The notes: a model not told the origin generated them from the sequence alone. A DNA stretch of 64,000 nt from an uncultured Verrucomicrobiae bacterium (GCA_963718565.1 OY970364.1:288001-352000), one strand, 5' to 3'; positions 11,066 through 19,675 are shown, counted from the stretch's first letter. Made by a program: numbers and translations.

Positions 11066-11353
11066 ATGGCTAAACGAATCTCGCACCAAGCCAGTTTTAA
11101 AGGCAGGGTAGCGCTTGAGGCATTAAAGGAAGACAAGACACTATCAGACTTGGCCCAACAATTCAAAATACATCCAGCACAAATCACCAAATGGAAAAGT
11201 CAAGCAGTTCAAGGCATCTCGCGGCTGTTTGAAGATAGGCGTAAAAAAAAATCGGCCCCAGATATAGACATTGAGGCGCTTTATGCCCAAATAGGCAGGC
11301 TTCAGTCTCAGCTCGAATTTTTGAAAAAAAAAACCGGGGTTGACAACTCTTGA
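11066..11353 (+). CDS. IS3 transposase OrfA (HTH)
   Basis: FKGRVALEALKEDKTLSDLAQQFKIHPAQITKWK; A10 run at 11324-11333. Confidence 0.9.
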   Translation: MAKRISHQASFKGRVALEALKEDKTLSDLAQQFKIHPAQITKWKSQAVQGISRLFEDRRKKKSAPDIDIEALYAQIGRLQSQLEFLKKKTGVDNS

Positions 11354-12227
11354 GAAACGCAGGTTGATTGAACCTGAACATCCCATGTTATCTGTCGAGG
11401 CTCAATGTGAAGCGTTGGGCCTCCCTCGATCTAGTTATTACTATGCTCCTATAGTAGAGTCAGAGGAAACCCTTGCTCTTATGCAGAAAATAGAAGAATT
11501 GCATTATGCGCAACCCGAATATGGTTATAGAAAAATACATGCCGATTTAAGGCGTGAGGGATTTAACGTGAATGAAAAAAGGATTGAGAGGTTATGGAGA
11601 AAAATGGGGTTTTTATCTGTTCTTCCCAGAAAAAACCTCAGCAAACCCTCCGCATCACACCCGCACTATCCCTATTTATTAAATGGTTTGTGGATTGGAA
11701 CTCCTAACCAGGTTTTCAGTGCCGATATAACATTTCTCCCATTGGCTAACGGTTTTGTCTATCTGATTACAGTGACCGATTGGTTTAGCAGATACGTGCT
11801 TGCTCAGGAGCTCTCGAACACTATAACTGTGGATTTTTGTCTTGCAGCACTAGAAATAGCCTTACAGAAAACGTGTCCAGAATATTTTAACACGGATCAA
11901 GGGTCTCAATTTACAAGCACCGCGTTTCTAGAATTATTGCGGCAACGGGGTATCAAGATCAGCATGGACGGCAAGGGCAGGTGCATTGACAACGTCTATC
12001 AAGAGAGAGGTTGGTGGTCTCTGAAATACGAAAAAATATATTTACATCGTTATGAAACAGTAAGAGCACTGCGTGCTGGGGTTGATGAGTATATCGAGCA
12101 TTTCAATTGCAGTAGACCGCATCAGGCCTTATTGTATGCGACACCCAATGAAATTTATCATGGAATCAAACCCAAATATTCAAAAGGAGAGTACAAAGGA
12201 TTCGAAGTCAAAAAAGCAAAAAAATGA
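11340..12227 (+). CDS. IS3 transposase OrfB (rve integrase core)
   Basis: SADITF, FNTDQGSQF and DNVYQER DDE motifs. Confidence 0.92.
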   Translation: MTTLEKRRLIEPEHPMLSVEAQCEALGLPRSSYYYAPIVESEETLALMQKIEELHYAQPEYGYRKIHADLRREGFNVNEKRIERLWRKMGFLSVLPRKNLSKPSASHPHYPYLLNGLWIGTPNQVFSADITFLPLANGFVYLITVTDWFSRYVLAQELSNTITVDFCLAALEIALQKTCPEYFNTDQGSQFTSTAFLELLRQRGIKISMDGKGRCIDNVYQERGWWSLKYEKIYLHRYETVRALRAGVDEYIEHFNCSRPHQALLYATPNEIYHGIKPKYSKGEYKGFEVKKAKK

Positions 12228-13261
12228 AAGTTGAAAATCCAAGAACGTTTGTGTACGTATATGCCAAGCATTCCGAGGGCTTTTCAAGAAGCCTGTCCGG
12301 CTTATTTGGGAAAGGCTTGTCGGGGGACTACCGTCCCCCCTGCTCCCGCCTTCGGCGGATGGGGCCCCTACCCCATCCACCTCAGTTTGGGCATTATAAG
12401 GTCTGTTTTTCAGAATAAGAGGAGGGTCGGGGCTTCGCCCCCGCACCCCCGAAAACAGGAAAGTTCTCACTGGAGAAAAAAGAAGAAAAGAAAAAAAGAG
12501 ATTGTAGGAAATATAACCTTAGAATAATATGCAGCGAATATGAGCTGCAGAATGGCTTATAGAGAAAGACTTAACACAGAGAGTTACTTATTCCCCTCGA
12601 TTTTCTGTCCAACTTTTTGTCGGCAGCGCACAGGGATTAATGAAGTCATTGCTTCATTTTCCAAATACCGCGAAGAAATGCTAAAAGCGCTTGATCATCC
12701 CGGCCTTCCCCTGCACAATAATGACAGTGAGCAAGATATCCGAGGTGTGGCTAAACGAAGAAATATCTCTGGCACTACCAAAAGCGTAGAGGGCAGACAA
12801 TTTCGAGACGGCCTATTGACGCTCAAGCAGACATGCGCCAGACTTGGCGTGAGCTTTTGGGAGTATTTGAGTCGGTGGTTTCGAGGGGATCCGATCGATT
12901 TAGCACAATTTGTTCATGAGCGTTATCAAACAGCCTCTCCGGCCACACCTTAACTGGTAGCACGTACATTAACTTCCTTGAAGACTCTGGCAAAAGTTGA
13001 AGACCATTTCGATCCGTGCCCAATCAAGATCGATAAGTGGTAAGTTTGGCATGGATCAAAATGGTCTTCAACTTTTGCCATGAGTTTTTAAGGACGTACG
13101 AAAATTTAGTCTAATGACATTAAGTTGCTATGTGACTCATTCTCAGTTTCTTAAGTCTAAAATCAATCTCTAAGATAAAGATTTTCAGCAGCTTAGCTTT
13201 TTAGACCTAATTATCGAAGTATTAAGTTTTTAAAAAAACTTTTAAAAAGCTTTAAAAAAAA

Positions 13262-13290
13262 TTTACACAAACTCTCATGCATTGTATAAT
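13262..13290 (+). promoter_or_regulatory. Sigma70/sigma66-type promoter for the 13332 gene
   Basis: TTTACA-17 nt-TATAAT in AT-rich DNA; RBS GGAG before the ATG. Confidence 0.55.
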
Positions 13291-13331
13291 AAAGTTATTG
13301 AAGGTTAATAAAATTATTTTTTGGAGAAATT

Positions 13332-13760
13332 ATGGCAGTAGGCGGATTAGACAAAAGTTATTGGAGTGCTCACGAGTCAGGAAAAAGTGCATCAGCTTCT
13401 GAAGGCACAGCAAACACTGAAGGCACAGCAAACACTAGGGTTCGCACAGCAAACACTAGGGTTCGCACAGCAAACACTAGGGTTCGCACAGCAAACACTA
13501 GGGTTCGCACAGCAAACACTAGGGTTCGCACAGCAAACACTAGGGTTCCCCCAGTAGACAAAACTGCGGGAAAAGTAAGCTCACTTGCCAAGTGCATTTT
13601 TCAGATTATACTTGCGTCTATGGGTGGTGCCCTGGCCGGCTTGATCGTAGGTACTCTAGCTGGTCCGGGAATTGGGACAATTATAGGAGGGGTCACAGGA
13701 GGTGTACTAGCAGGAATAGCTGCTGCTACTGCTTTTAAATATGGTAAATGCTCTTGGTAG
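13332..13760 (+). CDS. Small membrane protein with TANTRVR repeats and a glycine-zipper hairpin (Inc-like)
   Basis: About 45-aa Gly-rich hydrophobic stretch near the C-terminus; promoter and RBS present. Confidence 0.7.
   Translation: MAVGGLDKSYWSAHESGKSASASEGTANTEGTANTRVRTANTRVRTANTRVRTANTRVRTANTRVRTANTRVPPVDKTAGKVSSLAKCIFQIILASMGGALAGLIVGTLAGPGIGTIIGGVTGGVLAGIAAATAFKYGKCSW
13399..13548 (+). repeat. Coding minisatellite: about 6 x 21-bp GCACAGCAAACACTAGGGTTC preceded by 18-bp variants
   Basis: Contiguous identical units with no spacers. Confidence 0.95.
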
Positions 13761-14122
13761 TTGATCACGTGTCGTTTTTTTTTATTGGATTCCGGCAAAG
13801 GGGCTCTGACTTCGATATTTTTTGCCTTTAACTCCTTAAAAGATCAACAATCCTCTTTTTTCTAGGTGCCACACTTTCGTGATGTAGCCATCTCTTTTTA
13901 CGTTAAAGATCCTATAGATACGTCTGGCCTCCATCGACATCTTGAACGGTATAGTAGTCAGTACCTAACATTCTGTATCCTAACGATAAAGCTATCCTAT
14001 AAGCAGCATAAAGCATTAATTATAAGAAACTTAGTTATGTTTTTAAATTAAAGCCTTTTATATATATAAATATTGTCATATTTTATATAATTAAAGTTAT
14101 AGAAACAGTATTTGGAGGGGTT

Positions 14123-14530
14123 ATGACAGGCTTAACAGGCATAGTAAGCGATGGGGGTGAAAAGGGTGCATGCAATCGCGCTTTGGCCAATGTCGTAGAA
14201 AAAGGCAAAAAAATAAACACATCAGAAAAGGAAAACAAGACACGGGAAAAAATAGAAAAAGTTAAAACCATTGCTTTGCAAGGATTTGTGGCAACTCTAA
14301 TTGTGGGAGGATGCGGCGCTATTGGCGCTGCTCTAGGTTCCGCAGTGCCCATCGTAGGAACGATTGGAGGAGCAGGTATAGGAGTAGCTTTGGGTATAGC
14401 CCTTTGTGTATACTTAAAAACAGCTAAATTTCCCCAGCCCCAGCCCCAGCCAACAAGTTCCCCAGTCCAAGCCCGCAAGTTAGAGTTAGATCATCTTGGC
14501 CGACTTAAACCTGGGACCGAGACCACATAG
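14123..14530 (+). CDS. Small glycine-zipper membrane protein (Inc-like)
   Basis: Bilobed hydrophobic segment similar in style to the 13332 gene; PQPQPQP tail; RBS GGAGG. Confidence 0.7.
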   Translation: MTGLTGIVSDGGEKGACNRALANVVEKGKKINTSEKENKTREKIEKVKTIALQGFVATLIVGGCGAIGAALGSAVPIVGTIGGAGIGVALGIALCVYLKTAKFPQPQPQPTSSPVQARKLELDHLGRLKPGTETT

Positions 14531-14559
14531 CACCCACTTGATGCCCCCCATCCCACTTT

Positions 14560-15423
14560 TTAAGCATCCATAGCTGCGACGAGTCGCATCGCAAGATCGG
14601 TAGTTGTCATCCTTTTGGCCTCGTCGGAGGAGATTGTGGGCGTCCGTCCATTCTTGAAAGTAAACAAATCATTAACAGAAATGGCGTTCACAGCATTGCC
14701 AATGACGCGTTCTTGGCCAGAAATTGCGGTAATGCTGCCGAGATCTTCCAATGTTCCGATGTGCGCAGGCCGCCTAATCACCGCCTGGACAAAGGCGTTT
14801 TTGAGTTTTCCTTCTAAGGCCCTTTGTTCGATTTCAAGAGCTTCGCAACGCAAATCATAGATCTCGTTTTTACTGTCCTCATAGTTTTCAGAAAAAAGCT
14901 TTGTAGCTTCGTTGAGTTTTGTCCGTTTTTTCTCTTCGAGTGTTTGGACGTAGTTTTCCCAGAAATTGTGTCTTGCGATGAGAGGTTTTAGCTGAGTGAG
15001 ATGGTTTGGATTTTGCATGCCTGGAATCATAAACCACTGAATCCCTTTTTGTTGCAGGGTCTGCTGAAGCTGCTCTGGGGTTGCAGAGGAGAGTTCCTGA
15101 AGATGTTTAGAAATTTCTTTCAATTGCTCTGCGCGCGCGGAAGCTTGGTCTGACCATTGTTCGAACAGATCATGGCCTTTTCGAACAAACTTTAAAAGAA
15201 AAGCGGAGCTCACTGCGACGACGGGAATATAGACTGGGGCAAAAGCTGTTGCGGTAGCAAGCCCTCCAATAGTGAGCACAGTAAAAGCGACATAGGTAGT
15301 GACAGCAGCCACTTGCCACTGATTGGATTTCCAATTCCAAGAGGAGAGGTTGCTCGGTTCGAGGTCTTCAATGCAATGTTGAAGATAAGTTTGCGAAGGT
15401 GCAGGGGTTGCAGAAACTGACAT
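14560..15423 (-). CDS. Inc-like protein (bilobed hydrophobic domain plus coiled coil)
   Basis: About 45-aa hydrophobic stretch; paralog of 15572-16480. Confidence 0.72.
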   Translation of the reverse strand: MSVSATPAPSQTYLQHCIEDLEPSNLSSWNWKSNQWQVAAVTTYVAFTVLTIGGLATATAFAPVYIPVVAVSSAFLLKFVRKGHDLFEQWSDQASARAEQLKEISKHLQELSSATPEQLQQTLQQKGIQWFMIPGMQNPNHLTQLKPLIARHNFWENYVQTLEEKKRTKLNEATKLFSENYEDSKNEIYDLRCEALEIEQRALEGKLKNAFVQAVIRRPAHIGTLEDLGSITAISGQERVIGNAVNAISVNDLFTFKNGRTPTISSDEAKRMTTTDLAMRLVAAMDA

Positions 15424-15542
15424 ATATAAACCTCATAAATAAAAAGTTAGTTCATTATATATGATAAGAAACTAAAAAACAAACAAAGAGAGCGAATGTT
15501 AATGCTTTTATAATATATACCGAAATGAACTCAAAAATTTAG

Positions 15543-15571
15543 GAGAGTGTCTTCAAATTTGAAGACACACT
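15543..15571. terminator. Hairpin between the two Inc-like paralogs
   Basis: GAGAGTGTCTTCAA-A-TTTGAAGACACACTC inverted repeat directly after the stop codon. Confidence 0.5.
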
Positions 15572-16480
15572 CTAAGCAGCCATTGCTGTAAAAATTCTTT
15601 GACCAAGATGTGCGATGCTCAGTGTCTTAGCATCATTCAAGGTAATGGGAGCGAGGTCTTGACGGTTGAAAGTGAAGATTTGATTGACAGTGGAATCGTT
15701 TAAAGCGCTGCCGAAAGCTCGATCTATATAGTTATTTTTAGAGAAAGTGCCCACATCTTCTAATGTTCCACAAAAGTCAGGCTTGCGTAAAACGGCATTG
15801 ACAAAAGCAGTACGAATTTTAAAGTGAAGGGCTTCATCCTCACATTGCAGGGCGAGTTGGCGCGCGGTCGCTTTTTCGTTGTTTGCCGAGTCTGTAATTG
15901 TCGGAGGCTGGCGTGCCTCATTGGCATGCTTATCTCTCAAATTCATCCAATATTCGACCTGTTTTTCTAAATATTTAGCTTGAGCAAGCAAAGGATTTAA
16001 AAGGGAGAGATTTTCAGGGTGTTGAGCCATTTCTGGGATGTGATTCCAGGCAATTCCCATCTGTCGCAGGATGAGCTGTAATTCTTGTGGCGTCCGGCTG
16101 GTCAAATCTGCATAATCGCGCTGAATTACTTTGTATTTTTCCGCTTCATCTTTAGCGGCTTGGGACCATTCTTGAAATTTTTTAACCTGTTGGGCTGCGG
16201 GCAAAGCGAAGAGGATTGCACTGATCCCTGCAATAGGAACATAAGCAAGGGCAAAAATGTTCGTCGCTATAAATGCACCAATGGCCAGCGCGAAAAAAGC
16301 CACTGTGGATACAATAGAGATAATATTCCATTGGCTAGATTTTTTTTCACAACTTGCCACTCTATCAGGGGAAAGATCTTCGATGCAGCGGCGAAGATAA
16401 GAAGTCCTGGTTTGAGGTGCCGTGGATGAGCTCGATAAAGTCGTTGTTGGGGAAGTAGGAGTCGCGACAGAAATTGCCAT
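15572..16480 (-). CDS. Inc-like protein, paralog of 14560-15423
   Basis: Shared motifs YL..CIEDL.P, L.PL.A, AFV.AV.R.P...GTLED.G; Ser/Thr-rich N-terminus. Confidence 0.72.
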   Translation of the reverse strand: MAISVATPTSPTTTLSSSSTAPQTRTSYLRRCIEDLSPDRVASCEKKSSQWNIISIVSTVAFFALAIGAFIATNIFALAYVPIAGISAILFALPAAQQVKKFQEWSQAAKDEAEKYKVIQRDYADLTSRTPQELQLILRQMGIAWNHIPEMAQHPENLSLLNPLLAQAKYLEKQVEYWMNLRDKHANEARQPPTITDSANNEKATARQLALQCEDEALHFKIRTAFVNAVLRKPDFCGTLEDVGTFSKNNYIDRAFGSALNDSTVNQIFTFNRQDLAPITLNDAKTLSIAHLGQRIFTAMAA

Positions 16481-16560
16481 AGATGCACCTCATTGAGAAA
16501 AAATTTGGAAAAATCATGCCCGAAATGAGAATAAATGGCAATCATATGGAAAAATTTGAA

Positions 16561-17007
16561 CTATACTGCGCCCAGTCTATAAAAAACTAGCGCTTCTTTT
16601 TTCATGCGTTGGAAAAGACTTGCAAGCCCATTGGCTCTGCCCGGAGAAAGGATATTGGAAATGCCTAACTCTTCGAGAAAACGAGGGGGGCAAGAGAGAA
16701 TCGCCTCAGGGGGTTCATCATGGTATACAGCAAGCAGCAAGGCAACCAAGCCTGCTGAAATCAATGCTTCCGAAAAAGCATGAAAATGAATTTTCCCATT
16801 TACCAACTGGGAGTGCAGGTACATTGCACTTTGGCATCCCTTGACAAGATAGTCAGGAGTTCTATATTCCAGTGGATAAGGTGCGAGCTGTCTTCCCAGC
16901 TCAATAATTTTCTCATACTTCTTCTCTGGGGTAGCGTAACCGTCAAAACATTGAATGACTTTTCGCTGCTTGACTAGACAAGTGTCAAAAATGATTGCGT
17001 CTTGCAT
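16561..17007 (-). CDS. sufE: SufE-family Fe-S cluster assembly sulfur acceptor
   Basis: VKGCQS motif, SEALISAGL, LSPGRANG. Confidence 0.88.
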   Translation of the reverse strand: MQDAIIFDTCLVKQRKVIQCFDGYATPEKKYEKIIELGRQLAPYPLEYRTPDYLVKGCQSAMYLHSQLVNGKIHFHAFSEALISAGLVALLLAVYHDEPPEAILSCPPRFLEELGISNILSPGRANGLASLFQRMKKEALVFYRLGAV

Positions 17008-17179
17008 ATGAAAATTTCTTTTGATTTGGGCAACGGCTCATGCCCTTTAAGTATTGAAGCATTATAATAAGATTGACAATTTGAGGGAAATTTAGTTTGA
17101 TGAACGTGTTTTTTTAGAGTCTGTCTGTGAAAAGTTGTTATTTGATTTTTGATGCATTTTTTTACAGATAGGTTCTATA

Positions 17180-17437
17180 GAGGGAATTGCAAAACTCCTC
17201 GCCAGTAGAAAATCGATGATTTTGGGACCTGTTGCCAGAACCCGCACAGCGGGTTCGGTTGGCGGCGGCGAAAGCATGCTTGGATAAGTGGCTGCGAAGA
17301 CACGAGAAGGTCCGGAGAACCTTCGTAAGTAGCAAAGCAGGTGAGCGAAGAGCGAACCGGGGCCGAAGGCAGCCGCCGCCAAGGCGATAGGTGCCAAAAG
17401 CGTGATTTTATGCGGTGAAGAGTTTTGCAATTCCCTC
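17180..17437. mobile_element. 258-bp palindromic MITE-like element, subtype A, copy 1
   Basis: About 24-bp TIRs GAGGGAATTGCAAAAC...; TA on both flanks; 12 substitutions versus copy 2. Confidence 0.9.
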
Positions 17438-17484
17438 TATATACTGCAGGATAGTAAAAATTTTCATTTTTCTGAGTTAGATTC

Positions 17485-17703
17485 ATGCCGAAAGAAGATA
17501 CAATTAAAATTGATGGGACTGTAGAGGAGCTCTTGCCAAATATGACCTTTAGAGTCGTTTTGGAAAACGGGATGCGCGTTCTGGCTCATCTTTGCGGAAA
17601 AATGCGGATGCGCAATATCCGCGTCCTTGTCGGAGATATTGTCACCGTTGAGATGTCGCCTTATGATTTGACTAAGGCCAGGATTATTTACCGTCAAAGA
17701 TAG
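17485..17703 (+). CDS. infA: Translation initiation factor IF-1
   Basis: [19 protein letters not shown]...[16 protein letters not shown]. Confidence 0.98.
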   Translation: MPKEDTIKIDGTVEELLPNMTFRVVLENGMRVLAHLCGKMRMRNIRVLVGDIVTVEMSPYDLTKARIIYRQR

Positions 17704-17729
17704 ATTCCGGTCATCAAAAAAATACGATA

Positions 17730-17987
17730 GAGGGAATTGCAAAACTCCTCGCCAGCAGAAAATCGATGATTTTGGCACCTGTTGCCAGAACCCGCACAGC
17801 GGGTTCGGTTGGCGGCGGCGAAAGCATACTTGGATAAGTGGCTGCGAAGACACGAGAAGGTTCGGGGAACCTTCGTAAGTAGCAAAGCAGGTGAGCGAAG
17901 AGCGAACCGGGGCCGAAGGCAGCCGTCGCTAAGGCGATAGGTGCCAAAAGCGCGGTTTTATACGGTGAGGGGTTTTGCAATTCCCTC
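17730..17987. mobile_element. 258-bp palindromic MITE-like element, subtype A, copy 2
   Basis: Same length and orientation as copy 1; TA on both flanks. Confidence 0.9.
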
Positions 17988-18005
17988 TATACTCAACAAT
18001 TGGTG

Positions 18006-18034
18006 TTGAATTTATTTACCCTAGAGAATAAACT
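18006..18034 (+). promoter_or_regulatory. Candidate promoter of the tRNA-Thr/tuf operon
   Basis: TTGAAT-17 nt-TAAACT. Confidence 0.5.
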
Positions 18035-18208
18035 TTGCTGCTTTCGACCTGAAGTAGAGGTCTGTTCATCAGCAGTTTGCTTAGGATTTGAAGAGCACAG
18101 GCGAGGTCTGGAGACAGCTGAGTATCGCGCAAATAGATCTCATTTTGCGCCGTATTCAGCGGTCTACCAGAAAAACAGATGCCTAGCAAAACAGATGCCC
18201 GGCCAAAT

Positions 18209-18280
18209 GCCCAGATAGCTCAGTGGTAGAGCATTTGCATGGTAAGCAAGAGGTCGAAGGTTCAATTCCTATTCTGGGCA
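18209..18280 (+). tRNA. tRNA-Thr(GGT)
   Basis: Cloverleaf: acceptor GCCCAGA/TCTGGGC, anticodon loop AT-GGT-AA, GGTTCAATTCC T-arm; typical position before tuf. Confidence 0.95.
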
Positions 18281-18326
18281 AAGAACGAAAAAATTAAACA
18301 TACAATGGAGCCAAACGGAGGGAATA

Positions 18327-19515
18327 ATGGCAAAAGAAGCATTTCAAAGGACCAAGCCTCACGTCAACATTGGAACGATTGGCCACGTTGACCATGGTAA
18401 AACAACCTTAACAGCTGCAATCACAAAAGTCTTAGCGGAAGAGGGAAAAGCGAAATATCGCGACTACGCTTCGATCGACAATACGCCAGAAGAAAAAGCG
18501 CGCGGTATTACGATCAACTCGACTCACGTTGAATATGAAACAGACAAGTCGCCACTATGCGCACGTCGACTGCCCTGGCCACGCCGACTACGTCAAGAAC
18601 ATGATTACAGGTGCTGCGCAAATGGACGGAGCTATCCTCGTCGTTGCTGCAACAGATGGTGCGATGCCGCAAACAAAAGAGCACATCCTCTTGGCACGCC
18701 AAGTCGGCGTTCCTGCGATCGTCGTCTTCTTGAACAAGATGGACATGATCGGCAAAGGCGATGAAGAACTCGTCGATCTCGTCGAAATGGAACTCACATG
18801 AACTTCTCGAAGCGAAAGGATACAAAAATGTTCCGATCATCCGCGGCTCTGCGCTTAAAGCTCTCGAAGGCGATCCTGAGTATGTCAAGAGCATCAAAGA
18901 ATTGATGAAGACAGTCGATGAGAAGATCCCAACACCTGCTCGTGAAACAGACAAGCCGTTCCTCATGCCGATGGAAGACGTGTTCTCCATTTCTGGCCGT
19001 GGAACTGTGGCGACAGGCCGTGTCGAGAGGGGCAAAATCAAAGTCAACGATAAGCTGCAACTCGTCGGAATCCGCGAGACACGCGATACTGTTGTCACAG
19101 GTCTTGAGATGTTCAACAAGCTCCTCGATGAAGCCCAGGCAGGTGAAAACGTCGGTATCCTCCTCCGCGGCATTGGAAAAGAACGATATCGAGCGCGGAA
19201 TGGTGCTCGCTGCTCCAGGAACTTGCACACCACATACAAAGTTCAAAGGGACAATTTACGTTCTCACGAAAGAAGAAGGCGGACGCCATAAGCCGTTCTT
19301 TACCGGTTACCGTCCACAGTTCTATTTCCGCACGACGGACGTAACCGGAACAGTCACTCTTCCCGCAGGAACCGAGATGGTGATGCCAGGCGATAACGTC
19401 GAACTCGACAGCGGAACTCATCCACCCGATCGCGATGGAAGAGGGAATGCGATTTGCGATCCGTGAAGGCGGCAGAACGATTGGTGCTGGAACTGTAACG
19501 AAAATCCTCAAGTAA
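18327..19515 (+). CDS. tuf: Elongation factor Tu (four apparent 1-nt insertions, probably assembly errors)
   Basis: [21 protein letters not shown] and [13 protein letters not shown] are spread over several frames. Confidence 0.97.
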
Positions 19516-19532
19516 ACGGATTTGAGTGTGCT

Positions 19533-19554
19533 AAGGCTCTCTTTAGAGAGCCTT
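19533..19554 (+). terminator. Hairpin after tuf
   Basis: AAGGCTCTC-TTTA-GAGAGCCTT. Confidence 0.45.
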
Positions 19555-19573
19555 AAGTTTAGTGTATTTTGGT

Positions 19574-19646
19574 GGGTGTGTAGCTCAGCTGGTAGAGCAG
19601 CGATCTCCAAAGTCGCTGGTCGGGGGTTCGAATCCCTCCGCACTCG
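19574..19646 (+). tRNA. tRNA-Trp(CCA)
   Basis: Cloverleaf with anticodon loop CT-CCA-AA and GGTTCGAATCC; lies between tuf and secE. Confidence 0.95.
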
Positions 19647-19675
19647 ATAAATAGGGTATAACAAAGAACGCTATT

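Larger units (their letters stand above)
10976..12630 (+). mobile_element. IS3-family insertion sequence
   Basis: TG...CA TIRs (TGCGCTGCCCCCCAAAAACTGGACA / TGTCCAACTTTTTGTCGGCAGCGCA); 3-bp duplication CAG. Confidence 0.93.
9891..12953 (+). pseudogene. IS66-like transposase, split by the IS3 insertion and apparently internally deleted
   Basis: N-part 9891-10919 (LKDEITRL, YIRTDDTGEKH); C-part 12634-12953 (PLHNNDSEQDIR...ISG); frame breaks near 10910. Confidence 0.8.
9664..13099 (+). mobile_element. IS66-like element (single-ORF type), interrupted by IS3
   Basis: TIRs GTACGTCCTCAAAAAC / GTTTTTAAGGACGTAC; 8-bp target duplication GAAAATTT at 9656-9663 and 13100-13107. Confidence 0.85.

Noticed and set aside
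12180..12527. Short ORFs in the IS3 tail as passenger genes
   Set aside because: They overlap in several frames, are Pro/Gly/Arg-rich because of GC hairpins, and lack clear RBSs.
13399..13548. Possible CRISPR array
   Set aside because: The units are contiguous with no unique spacers, lie in frame within a gene, and no cas genes are present.
17092..17980. Minus-strand ORFs near infA as stand-alone genes
   Set aside because: They are confined to the 258-bp repeats, start at TTG inside the TIR and have no RBS; kept only as a property of the repeat.
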